In this document: positions 27,181 through 39,085 of the stretch, piece by piece | How the letters are laid out: every line of letters begins with the position of its first letter | Numbering within the stretch: the first letter of the stretch is position 1 | DNA from: Octopus sinensis | Lineage: Eukaryota | Length of the DNA stretch: 59,304 bases | Assembly: GCF_006345805.1 (NCBI RefSeq) | Contig: NW_021832987.1 | Coordinates: forward strand, 1-59,304 | Direction of reading: 5' to 3' | Notes under the pieces: model-generated | Told to the model about the DNA's origin: nothing | The model's input: only the letters and a program-made list of their open reading frames with translations | The model's database searches: none | Translations under genes and position numbers: made by a program

Positions 27181-27553
27181 AATCTTATTATTATGATAAT
27201 ATTACAGACATACGGATTATGTGTGTGTGCGGGTTTGTATACACGCTTGTAAACGCGATTATACGGTGATTGGTTCGCTTCCTAAAGCCAACCCTGTCAT
27301 GCATCGTGGTCCCTCATGTATTCTGTACCAATTTAATATGCTGGAATGAATTCCAACCGAAATCTGGGGTAACCATTATAGATCCAAATGTCACATTCTT
27401 CGACCATCCAATCGGACAGCGGCACGAATTCTGAGGCGTTGTGCTTGCTTACAGATATATAACGTGTTGAAACAAAGACAGTATACATGATCTCCGCTTT
27501 CGTAGTCGCAGCTGAATGACGTCCGGCAATCAGTAAAGCACATTTTGCTATAA

Positions 27554-27742
27554 AAGGCTTCTCGGCCTTTTAGCTAAGTTGAAAGTGTAGTATCTGTTAT
27601 TATCAGCTTAATATCTGATACGGTCCCTATTTGGGGCCATCGATATTAAATTGATTTTTAGAACGAGGCGAAGAATTAGGGTCTTGCTCCGCCTTTGCCA
27701 CGGGTTAGCCTGGTATTGCAGTGCTTCCAGTATTCAGCCCAT
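27554..27742 (+). ncRNA. U2: U2 snRNA-like copy (divergent, probably a pseudogene or variant)
   Basis: GCTTCTCGGCCTTTT.GCTAAG, branch-recognition GTAGTA (27587-92), stem IIa TATCAG/CTGATA, Sm-like ATTTTTA and loop IV ATTGCAGT. The copy is full length but changed at its 5' end, at GATC->GTTG and at the Sm site. Confidence 0.9.
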
Positions 27743-27768
27743 CTCCCACCCGGGAGATCTTAAGAGAA

Positions 27769-27973
27769 AAGACGGTGCTCCAGCATGGCCACAGTCAAAT
27801 GACTGAAACAAATAGAAGTGTAAAAAAGAATAGGCGCTGGTAAGAAGCGTACTTCCCAACCACATGGTTTCAGGTTCAGTCCCACTGCGTGGAAGTTTGG
27901 GCAAGGGTTTTCTTTTATAGGCTTTTGTCGACAAACCCCTTGTGATTGGATTTGGTAGACGGAAACTGAAAGA
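27769..27973 (+). mobile_element. SINE A tail followed by a SINE A head fragment
   Basis: GACGGTGCTCCAGCATGGCCACAGTCAAATGACTGAAAC, then the head through GGAAACTGAAAGAA. Confidence 0.8.
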
Positions 27974-28011
27974 ATTAACGAATTGGCCATTTTAGTGGCG
28001 GGCTATGAAAT

Positions 28012-28211
28012 ACTCTTTCAATTGTTTCAGTCATTTGACTGAGGCCATGCTGGAGCACCGCCTTTAGTCGAGTAAATCGACCACAGTACTTATTCTTTGT
28101 AAGCTCAGTCCTTATTCTATCGTTCTATTTTGCCGAACCGCTAAGTTACAGGGACGGAAACACACCAGCATCGGTTGTCAAGCGATGTTAGGGGGACAAA
28201 CACGTACGCAT

Positions 28212-28278
<67 letters not shown>

Positions 28279-28450
28279 CATATATACGATGGGCTTCTTT
28301 CAGTTTCTGTCTACCAAATCCACTCACAAGGATTTGGTCGGCCCGAGGCTATAGTAGACGACACTTGCCCAAGGTGCCACGCAGTGGGACTGAACCTGGA
28401 ACCATGTGGTTGGTAAGCAAGCTACTTACCTCACACCCACTCCCGCGCCT
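28012..28450 (-). mobile_element. SINE family A, full length
   Basis: Collinear with the other copies. Confidence 0.9.
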
Positions 28451-29097
28451 ATTATTTTGCGAAGTTATTTCGGGATGATGTTTTCTTTAAAGCTTGAATT
28501 TAATATCAGTGTTCATTTATGGCTGTAAGTCCATGCAGCTGCAACGCATAATATTTGGGATGGATGAAAGAATGAAATTTTGTTTTTGGTTGCTGTATCT
28601 AAACATAGCTCAATCTAAGTACGTGTGTTTATTTATGTAATTAAATTACTGGATTTGTCGGTAAGGAAGATTTTTATTATTTCATTTCTTCATAATAATT
28701 TTCCAGCAGTGGTGTTACAATACGTACACGTATATAAGCTTACATCAATTTATGTACATAAATGTATACGTATAAAAGTTGGCACGAAGCTACGGAAGTT
28801 AATATGCATACAGCTCTTCATAAAAATATTCCAAACGTAACACTTAATTTTCAACATAGAATCAATGGCATACGTGTGTGCATATGTGTGTGTGTGTGCG
28901 CGAGTGAGCGAGTGTGTGAATCGGTATATAAGTAGACACGCCCCCACATACACCTACTCGTATACGAACCGGTGTTTCAAATGAAGATGTCACGGAAAAA
29001 TTTGTAACTTATAATTAAGATAAAACATCTAACGATGATTACGTAAAGTGCAAAATAATAAATAAAACGTATATATTTAATAGAATAACATTTTTTT

Positions 29098-29149
<52 letters not shown>

Positions 29150-30120
29150 TGAAATTTGATTTAGTATTTCTAAATTGAATTTTTCCTGTAAGTTTGGAAT
29201 AATATTCCCTCATATTATATACGTATATAAATAATTGAGAGACACAAGTTGGAATATACGAGAATATATTATTAATCACAACAATTGTTTCAACACATCT
29301 AGCATCGACTTCTCTTGTGGGACACACAAACTCTAGTTCAGAAATATCCGCTGTTGCAGTCGTATCTTAGCGATTGTTAAATAAATAAATATAAAAATCG
29401 CGTTAAAATGACTGTTCCATAATGCAACTTTCCGTTTTGTAGAAAGAAAGACAGCTAGACGAAGGAAAATTCTTCATATATGTAGAACATCCCCCCCCCC
29501 AAAAGAAAATTGCAGAAGACAAAAATAAGTACCTTAGAAAATATATTAAATATACTCAAATTAAAACCGTAGAAAATAATTAATATAAAATTAATATATA
29601 TTTTAATTTCAGATATGAAGCATCTAAATAACATAGTATATATTTTTGCAAGGAATAATTAATAAAATATATGATATTATCGTATACACTGTCTATATAC
29701 ATTTAAAAAATCTTCATATTGGTTATTATAAATGAGAAATGTTGTACGATATCTCGTGGCATGTTGACCAGACATTATTTGATTAAAGTAATTAGTTAAA
29801 ATGGTTGCCATACGTCAATGCAGTTGTAATTGCTTCCACTCTATACAATTCATAATGTTGTATAAAAGAAAAGACTGCGGATCCTGAAATATAATGAAGT
29901 ATACAACCAGCTGGAGTACAGCGAAATACATAACATGAAAAGACATTGACGAATTTTTAAAACGGGTCTTTTAAAATATGGCAATTGTAAAATGCAAAGT
30001 AATAGTTTTATATTGGACTACGATAGGATCGTCATCAATATTAATGATGGTGATTGGTGTTGTCATCAACACCCATAACAATTTTACGCTATCTATTAGT
30101 TAAAAAGATAGGAAAAAAGA

Positions 30121-30520
30121 GGCGCAGAAGTGGCTGTATGGTAAGAAGCTTGCTTAGCAACCACATGGTTCCGGGTTCATTTTCACTGAGGGGCACCTTG
30201 GGCAAGTGTCTTCTACCATAGCCTCGGGCCGACAAAAGCCTTGTGAATGGATTTGGTAGACGGAAACTGAAAGAAGCCTGTCGTATATATGTATATATAT
30301 GTATGTGTGTGTGTTTGTCCACCTAACATCGCTTGACAACCGATACTGGTGTGTTTACGTCCCCGTCACTTAGCGGTTCGGCAAAAGAGACCGATAGAAT
30401 AAGTACTGGGCTTACAAAGAATAAATCCCGGGGTCGAATTGCTCGACTAAAGGCGGTGCTCCAGCATGGCCGCAGTCAAATGACTGAAACAAGTAAATGA
30501 GTAAAAGAGAGAGTAAAAGA
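30121..30520 (+). mobile_element. SINE family A, full length
   Basis: Runs from GGCGCAGAAGTGGCTG to GACTGAAACAAGTAAA with a (GAGTAAAA)n tail. Confidence 0.9.
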
Positions 30521-30619
30521 GTATATATCATACAAAATTATGCTTGAACATCGTATGATAGGTGCTAAAAAAATAAGCAAAAATACAAAATGTTAATTAA
30601 AATACACATACTGTTTCAT

Positions 30620-31029
30620 ACTCTTTTACTTGTTTAAGTTATTTGACTCTGGCCATTTGGAGCACCGCCTGTAGTCGAAGATATCGATCACAGGACTTAT
30701 TCTTTGTAAGCCTGGTACTTATTCTATCGCCGCCCCCCCCTTGCCGAACTGCTATGTTACAGCGACGTGAAGACACCAGCATCAGTTGTCAAGCTATGCT
30801 GGGCGGACAAACACAGACGCGAAAACATACACACACCTCACACATCTATATATATATACTTATATACGACGGGCTTCTTTCAGTTTCCGTCTACCAAATC
30901 CACTCACAAGGCTTTGGTTGGCCTGAGCCTATAGTAGAAGACACTTGCCCAAGGTGCCTTGAAGTGGGAATGAACCCGGAACCATGTAGTTGGTAAGCAA
31001 GCTACTTACCACACAGCCACTCCTGCGCC
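30620..31029 (-). mobile_element. SINE family A, full length (inverted relative to the 30121 copy)
   Basis: Collinear with the other copies. Confidence 0.9.
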
Positions 31030-31149
31030 TATACAAACACATTAAATGGCTGCAGTTGTAAAGTTGACATATATAACACAAACAAGAGAATTCACTGAGC
31101 TTCGTAAAAGAAACACTATCCGTACATTCAGTTATAAGAACGGTTCATC

Positions 31150-31524
31150 GTGGAGGCGCAATGGCCCAGTGATTAGGGCAGCGGACTCGCGGTCATAGGA
31201 TCGCGGTTTCGATTCCCAGACCGGGCGTTGTGAGTGTTTATCGAGCGAAAACACCTAAAGATCCACGAGGCTCCGGCAGGGGATGGTGGTGATCCCTGCT
31301 GTACTCTTTCACCACAACTTTCTCTCACTCTTTCTTCCTGTTTCTGTTGTACCTGTATTTCAAAGGGCCGGCTTGTCACTCTCTGTGTCACGCTGAATAT
31401 CCCCGAGAACTACGTTAAGTGTACACGTGTATGTGGAGTGCTCAGCCACTTACACGTTAATTTCACGAGCAGGCTGTTCCGTTGATTCGGATCAACCGGG
31501 ACCCTCGTCGTGTGCTTCCAACCA
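31150..31524 (+). mobile_element. SINE family C with 17-bp TSD
   Basis: Perfect TSD TATAAGAACGGTTCATC at 31133-31149 and 31525-31541. tRNA-Arg-like head. Confidence 0.92.
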
Positions 31525-31891
31525 TATAAGAACGGTTCATCAATATTTGTACGAAAGGAAACGGCATATTAACATTGAGTAGAAGAATAAGCTGTAACAC
31601 CTCACTATTCAATTATGCTTCGAAACGTTTCGAAAGACACTTCGCTGAGAATGAAACTAACTATAACGAACATATATCTAATTTAGAAGACTGTGTGCCC
31701 ACAGTAGTAATTGAAAAATGCCACGTTCCCATATTTTGGAACATTTAATTAGACACTTGTTATAAACAACAGCACAAATTGAAGTCTTAAAATTAATAAC
31801 TTTAAAATTGGATTCCTTTTTTCGTGTGTCAATTTAGGAGCATCTGAAACTGTCAAGATGGCACATTGTGGACGAAAGATAATGGATTTGG

Positions 31892-32278
31892 TGTGTGGTA
31901 AGTAGCTTACTTACCAACCATATGGTTCCGGGTTCGGTACCACTGCGTGGCACCTTGGGCAAGTGTCTTCTGCTATAGCTTCGAGCCGACCAAACCTTGT
32001 GAGTGGATTTGGTAGACGGAAACTGAAAGAAGCCTGTCGTATATATGTATATATATACATACATGTGTGTGTGTGTCTGTGCTTCCCTCTCCCAGCATCG
32101 CTTGTCGCTGGTGTGTTTACGCCTTCGTAACTTAACCCTTCGGCAAAAGAGACCGATAGAAGAAGTACTAGGCTTACAAAGAATAAGTCCTTGGGTCGAT
32201 TTGCTCGACTAAAGGCGGTGCTCCAGCATGGCTGTAATCAAATGACTGAAACAAGTAAAAGAGTAAAAGTGTAAAAGG
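31892..32278 (+). mobile_element. SINE family A
   Basis: Collinear with the other copies. Confidence 0.88.
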
Positions 32279-33096
32279 GTATTAGTAAGATAAGTATGAG
32301 GCACTTTGTTGCTGTTTCAGGGTTTATCACGCATTCGCATTTAAACTACTCTCTGAAAGTCTGTCCAACTAATGTACGGGTTTTAGCAATATACATTCTT
32401 TTTTCAAGTAAAAACAAAAGACGAAGTGTTTTATTTATTTCTACGGAAATATTGCTCGACTCCTTGTTAAAAAATAGGACCGGGTGTTGCGACAGTGAAC
32501 GAAAGCACTTGACATTTGGAGGTCACGGATTGAGTATCACAGGAAAGGGTTTTCACATGACAGGCTTTAATTGAAGTGACATCCAATTGGTGACGTCATA
32601 GAAAACGTCAAATGCACAACAAAGAAACAAATACACGTCCTTTAAATTCTGCTGCGTACTTATGATATCGTAGGGCATTGTATGTTTATTACTGTTCCTT
32701 CTTTTGCGAATGCAACCTATATGTATTGTAGCCCAAATCAGCAAAACTGTTCTCGTTGTTATCCCAGTAATGTATACTAGAATACTACAAGGGGTAGTAT
32801 TTTAATTATAATTTCAACTTATACATGTTGCAGGGTGTATAAATCACATACAAGGATTCTACATCGGTAGAGGGATACATCTAACTGGATTTTGTGGATG
32901 ACTTTGAAATGATAGCTCGTGAATAGATCTTTAATACTTCCGGGTTGGTTACTCATCAAATGAAATTATGCTTTCGTCTAGTCTCAGAAAATGGCAGCAG
33001 GTAATAAAAGAATAAAGTAATCTCTCGAGTAAGTACCTTACTGTACATTCCAAAGAATCCTTACCAAAAAGGATTAGAGGATTTTGATCTCTAGGA

Positions 33097-33306
33097 CATA
33101 TGGGTAAATTTTCAGAGTAACACCCGCACGATGTTCACTAAGAAACAAAAACTCGGATTTTTTGCGTGGAATGTAGTACCCTGACCTCGTATGGATTTGC
33201 AGCATATTACGAGGTCAGGGTAATTGATTCCACGCAAAATATCCGAGTTTTTGTTTTTCTTGGTGAAAATCGTGCGGTCGTTACTCGAACATTTTACCGA
33301 CATGTG
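33097..33306. repeat. Fold-back element (~95-bp arms, ~16-nt loop)
   Basis: CCGCACGAT..CAAAAACTCGGAT.TTTTGCGTGGAAT..TACCCTGACCTCGTA is mirrored on the right side. Confidence 0.88.
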
Positions 33307-33427
33307 TGCGTGAATGTTAAGCAAACAAAAATGAAAGAGGAATAACTTTCTCGAGGCAATCAAAATCGTCTTAAAAACTTCTCATTACATTACAAATTCT
33401 AAGAAGACTATCAATCGGTTCATAACA

Positions 33428-33865
33428 TCTCTCTCTATATAAACGGCAGTTTGTCTGTCTGTGTGTCTGTGTGTCTGTCAGGTTGTAGCCTCAACCGGAC
33501 CAAGGCTTTCAACCAATTCTGATGAAACTTGAGACACACATAGCCAATGTCATAATTCAAAACTAACGCAGCGAAAATTTTGAAAAGTTCCCCCAGTTCT
33601 GAAAAAAATCGATAAATTCGACATGGGTCGAGAATCTAAGCTTTTTATATGCAACACATTTTCTGACTAGGGGACACAACTCGAGCTTTTTATCGCCCAA
33701 AGGGACAGCTAGGAACATCGTCTACACAGAAGTATTCGAGTGAAGAGAAGACACTGCAACCTACACATGCGCCTTCGTTCCCTAGAGGGAAAGGACTAGA
33801 TTGGGATTAGTCGTTACCTACTAGGGGCTCTTACATATCCGGGCAACGCCGGGCTATGCTGCTAG
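33428..33865 (+). mobile_element. Non-autonomous Helitron
   Basis: A|TC start, subterminal hairpin CCGGGCAACGCCGG and CTAG|T end, with no TSD. Confidence 0.8.
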
Positions 33866-34082
33866 TTTGTAATAATATTCACTATATCATTCCAGCAAAT
33901 GGTTATGAGATTTAGACAAGAACGCGATATATAAAAATCCCATCGAATCCAATTCACTAAATGTAATTAAGAACAACCGAATACAGAAAATATGAGTGGG
34001 AAGCAACTACTATATGTACATGCCTGAGACTAAAGAACGCGTAAGAGTAGCTATAAAAAAACAATTACCATAAGTTCATAAA

Positions 34083-34394
34083 TGGAGGCGCAATGGCCCA
34101 GTGGTTAGGGCAGCGGACTCGCGGTCGGAGAATCGCGGTTTCGATTCCCAGACCGAGCGTTGTGCGTGTTTATTAAGCGAAAACACCTAAAAGCTCCACG
34201 AGGCTCTGGCAGGGGGTGGTGGTGACCCCTGTTGTACTCGCCACAACTTTCTCTCACTCTCTCGTCCTGTTTCTTGAGTAACGCTGCAATGGACTGGCGT
34301 CCCGTCCAGCTGGGGGAAACACATACGCCACAGAAACCGTGAAACCGGACCCATGAGCCTGGCTAGGCTTGAAAAGGGAGACGTTTATCGTTTT
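34083..34394 (+). mobile_element. Chimeric SINE (family C head plus family D tail) with 13-bp TSD
   Basis: TSD ATAAGTTCATAAA. The first ~185 nt match 31150 and the last ~110 nt match the tail of the 12835 element. Confidence 0.88.
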
Positions 34395-34912
34395 ATAAGT
34401 TCATAAAATCTAGCAAGAAATGATTGCAACATGTCCTGATTTTGTGTAAACAACAATGCAATTACATATGCAGCCACAAATCTATCGTAATCGGTCATAT
34501 AGACATTGGATGTATTTAGTTTTCAGCCTGGATTTCTTAATGGCTGTTGGCAACAAAATTAGACATACTTCCATGTAATGTATTAAGAGATGGACATAAA
34601 TCTATAAATGTCACTTGCTTGTGTGAACTTTGGTCTTGTGGATATGGAAGTACTATTTCTTTTGCCAATAACAAGGGAGTTATTCCGACAAATCTAGACG
34701 CGTGATATTTTCTGGAACAATTTGTCACGGCAACAAAATTCTTCACGCAATAGATATAAGGCCGAAAACAGATCTTCATACTTCTCTCTTGCCAACATCA
34801 AAACCTTTGTATCAACTCAAACTTTCATTTGTATCCCAACTACTCTTCAAAATTGCTAGTTTGTAAACAGCATGTTTTTTTTACCATGCTTTAATACAAC
34901 CTAGAAAGCCTT

Positions 34913-35310
34913 GGCGGCGAGCTGGCAGAATGGTTAGCACGCCAGACGAAATGCGTAGCCGAATTTCGTCTGCCGTTACGTTCTGAGTTCAAATTCCGCC
35001 GAGGTCGACTTTGCCTTTCATCCTTTAGGGGTCGATAAATTAAGTACCAGCTACGCACTGGGGTCGATATAATCGACTTAATCCGTTTGCCTGTCCTTGT
35101 TTGTCCCCTCTGTGTTTATCCCCTTGTGGGTAGTAAAGAAAGAGGTATTTCGTCTGACGCTACGTTCTGAGTTCAAATTCCGCCGAGATAGACTTTGCCT
35201 TTCATCCTTTAGGGGTCGATAAATTAAGTACCAATTGCATACTTGGTTCAATCTAATCGACTAGATCCCCTCCCCCAAAATAATGGGCCTTGTTCCAAGA
35301 GTACAAAAGG
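34913..35310 (+). mobile_element. SINE family B (two body units)
   Basis: Collinear with the other copies. Confidence 0.85.
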
Positions 35311-35379
35311 ATAATTCTAAGGCTACTGGCGTTTACATAAGTTTAAGCTTGCGAAACACAAATGCATGTCGGCTTTCAG

Positions 35380-36005
35380 AATGCTTCTGTTGTGAGTGCT
35401 GCACTTTTAAATACTTTTCTTTCTAATTAATCATTGCCGTTTAAATTTAAGGGTGGAATTTTGCCCTGTATGGAAATCTAATGAATATAATTAATATTAT
35501 TTGCTGTCTTTGATGCTTTCTTTATATTTACCATTGAGTAAAATCGCTTAGTCTTAAATCTTGGTATTCACTTTTCATTGGTATTTATATTTGCATAGTT
35601 ATAGTTTAGTTTTTCTTTGTTAGTATTCTACTATTTCTTATTTTTGGTTTTGAAGCATCTTCTTTTTTCTCTTTTGCTCGTGTGAAAGATATACATCTAA
35701 TTTATTCTCTCTATGGAATTACATTTTTGTTGTTTGTGTTGTGTACAGTGATTGCGTTTTTTTTTTGTGTATTCTTTCTTATCAATATTTACTTCGATTT
35801 TGATGGCTTTGAGAATACAGGAATTTTTGCTGCTCTTTGATAATATAATTTCTTAACACTTGTGTTTGGATAGAATGTTGCACTTAGAACATGGCTATAT
35901 CAAGGTTTTTAATTCCATAACTATTTCGAGAGCACTGCGGAGTTGGAAGTGAAATGCTTCTATCTCCATTTCTTCTTCTAGAAGATGTTAATACATGCAA
36001 CTATC
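35380..36005 (-). mobile_element. Highly decayed GIY-YIG (Penelope-like) endonuclease remnants
   Basis: Fragments NRILTKK..PMKSE..HTGQNSTLKFKRQ..KSAALTT and a second SAVLSK..WELK-like piece resemble the 53.3-53.8 kb domain, with many stops. Confidence 0.35.
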
Positions 36006-36477
36006 TTATTAAAACAGACTGGAATCGGATATAAATGACATAGGAGGTCAGTCAGTCAGTGTGTTTCTATGGATAACCTCATTTATAATCGGCAGATGAA
36101 AAATGACTGAAAATATTGCGACAGACAGCAAATTGCTTTAATGAATGGATTTATAAATGAATGAGATGAATAAAATGTACAAAAAGAGATACGAAAGATA
36201 ACAAAGTCGACTACATAAAGAGATGAGAAAATTGGAGTAAAACCAGAATTCCAAATACATGAAAGCAGAAATAGGTCTAATTTTGCATTGAGTAAACGGA
36301 AGAACTCAGACTGTTATTGTTCGATAATGACCGAGATGATATACGAATGACTTTATTACATAATGTCTGGTAGAGCAAGGAAATACGTATAATAATATAA
36401 AGAATGTCGTATGAAGATATATTATATATTATTTAATCTTTTCACTCTCTCTGTGTCTGTCTCTCATTCCCTGCGGA

Positions 36478-36568
<91 letters not shown>

Positions 36569-36598
36569 CGTACACACACACAAATAAGGCTCTACGCT

Positions 36599-37000
36599 GG
36601 AATTTATAAACAGTTAATACGAAGGTTTCTACTGATTACGTGATTTTAACATCAGAGCCAGTATCTTTGGGATGAGTACATTATAGTCCGTAGTGCCCAT
36701 GGGTATCCCGTTGATGATCAAGATTATTTCTTTCATCAGGCGATACTGCATTAGTGGGTGGACCACAGAAGGATGTATATCCTTTCTTGCCGGCTCGACG
36801 GAGCTTCATAGTCGCAAGAAGAAATAAACATCCCTCTGTGATTCATTTAGACATGAAGTATCGCCTGATAAAATGATCATCAAACGGATGCCCATGGGTA
36901 CTGTGGGCTTTACTGTTCTCATGCCAAGGATAAGGGCTGTGATGTTCAAGTCACAGGATCTGTGGCAACGCGTAGCAATGTAGTAATTATTTATAAATCC
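36599..37000 (+). repeat. ~400-nt imperfect rod-like hairpin inside a cassette bounded by (TA)n
   Basis: Near-continuous pairing from GGAATTTATAAA/TTTATAAATCC inward through ATCAGGCGATACT/AGTATCGCCTGAT to TTTCTTGC/GCAAGAAG, with many G-U pairs. Confidence 0.85.
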
Positions 37001-37147
37001 CTTCCTAGTACTATTGTTACTATTATATTTACCCTACATCATATCGGTATAACCCTGAAGCAACACTGAAAAACTGACTCCCTATTCACCATCAGTAGAC
37101 GGTACTTGGCACGCTGAAATAGAATCTTTATTTGCGCTTCCATTAAG

Positions 37148-37180
<33 letters not shown>

Positions 37181-37379
37181 AGTAGTTGAATGAATTATCC
37201 TAGTATGGATAATTCGGTTAACCGATACCTGGGTAGCAAATTCCCGTAAGAAAACACGGTTGAATCTACATGCTAAGGGCAGAGATCACGTGCTATCGTG
37301 TGGAAATTTGTCTGTTTTTTTTTTACTATAAATAAATGAAAGAATGGAGTCGAACGACGATTTAACAAAATTCCTTTAT

Positions 37380-37460
37380 TCTCGACATATGTTTCGAAGA
37401 CTGCATATTCCTAATTCCGAAGGAATAAGGGGTGCATTATGCCGCCTTCTCATCAGGAAA
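37380..37460 (-). ncRNA. Type I hammerhead ribozyme (Penelope-type minimal stem III)
   Basis: TTTC-CTGATGA-GAAGGC...GTCTTC-GAAAC-ATAT-GTC^GAGA. The core is complete, stem III is the palindrome ACATATGT and the cleavage triplet is GUC. Confidence 0.8.
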
Positions 37461-37465
37461 GACAA

Positions 37466-37529
37466 GGAACTTATGTCAGCATCATGACGAACAAATATTT
37501 TTGCTCGTCATGATGCTGACATAAGTTCT
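37466..37529. repeat. Perfect 24-bp inverted repeat adjacent to the hammerhead
   Basis: GAACTTATGTCAGCATCATGACGA / TCGTCATGATGCTGACATAAGTTC. Confidence 0.9.
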
Positions 37530-38679
37530 TTTATTCATTTATTTATTTCAGTCATTTCACTGTGGCCATGCTGGAGCACTGCCTTAAATGTTTTAGACAA
37601 ACAAATCAAACAATATTTTGTCTTTTGAAAGTCTAGCTCTTGTTCTATTGGTCTCTTTTGGCGAACCTATAGTTTACGAGTACATAAACACAACCACTCC
37701 GGTTGTCAAGCGGTGATGTCATACACACACACACACACACACGCACACAGTCACACACATAGATATACACATGCGATGAGAAAGACTGCTTCTTACCCTC
37801 CCCCCCACACACACACATCAGTAATCATGTCGAACCGTTAATTCCTACACATCGTTTCTCACTCAGTAATATTTTGGGGGTGTGGTTCACGTACTTTTTT
37901 GACGTCTGAAACCTTTCCCTCGAAGAGCGTAGGCTTGAAACATAAAAAAAAACCTTTTCACTTCTTCCTGTGTTTCAAACTAGTACAACTGCATGTTGTC
38001 ATCTCAACAATATTCGTATTTTGTTTTCGTTAAATTTGAACGGTATATATACACACAAGAAAACATAAGATACAGTGTACATTTAAACACATGAGGAATC
38101 CACTCATGGGATTCAACACGCTAGAAAGAGCAGCTAGGTTCTATAACCACAAAATTAGGGATAAAATTCGACAGGAACGCAATGAAAAAAAAAAACATTT
38201 TACCATCTAGTTTCCTGGACCAATTGGTTTCTGATTTTAGTTTAGCAAGTAAATGAATAACATATACCCTCGCCTAGGTGAAATCGTCTTCAGTAGGAAC
38301 ACCTAGGGTTAAACGTATAAGCACCGGGCAATCAAATGACGTGCTCCTTGTTTATACATTCTAACTTTTTCAAAATCTACTTCCCAGCCGCAGCCCTTCG
38401 CCAGCAATAAAAAAAATGCCAACTTTTAAAAACCGAAAATTATCCTAAAACTTACAATATTTAATCATATCAAAGGGAATGGGAATTAATTAAAATGTAC
38501 ACTGTATCTTATGACTAATATATAGTCTTTTGGACTACATTTTTACACGTTAGATCACATAAAAAAATATATATAGTGTACAGGTATATATATACGTGGG
38601 GGTACCGAAAAGAAACCGGAATTTTAAAATATCATTTTATTCATTTCGTTTCCCATGACTACACTTTCATTGCCTTCAA

Positions 38680-38905
38680 AGAGGGTAGTGGTGAGCCCTG
38701 TGTTGTACTGTTACTCTACAACTTTCTCTCACTCTTTCTTCGTGCCTCTGTTGCACCTGTATTTGAAAGGACCAGTCTACTCAAACTTTGGGTCACGCTG
38801 AATGTCCCCGACAATGTCAGCTACTTGCAGTGAAATTTCACGAGCAGGCTTTTCCGATGATCGGATCAACTGGAACCTTCGTCGTCGTAAACGACGGAGC
38901 GCCAC
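38680..38905 (+). mobile_element. 5'-truncated SINE family C
   Basis: Matches the 3' half of the 31150 element. Confidence 0.75.
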
Positions 38906-38931
38906 AATATATATGTATCTATATATATATG

Positions 38932-38973
<42 letters not shown>

Positions 38974-38988
38974 ATATATATATCATAA

Positions 38989-39085
<97 letters not shown>

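Noticed and set aside
31150-31230. tRNA-Arg gene
   Set aside because: It has A/B boxes but a poor acceptor stem and continues into a SINE body with TSDs, so it is a SINE head.
36712-36740. Minus-strand CTGATGA plus AAGA/TCTT hairpin within the rod
   Set aside because: It is followed by GATC rather than GAAA, so the hammerhead core is incomplete.
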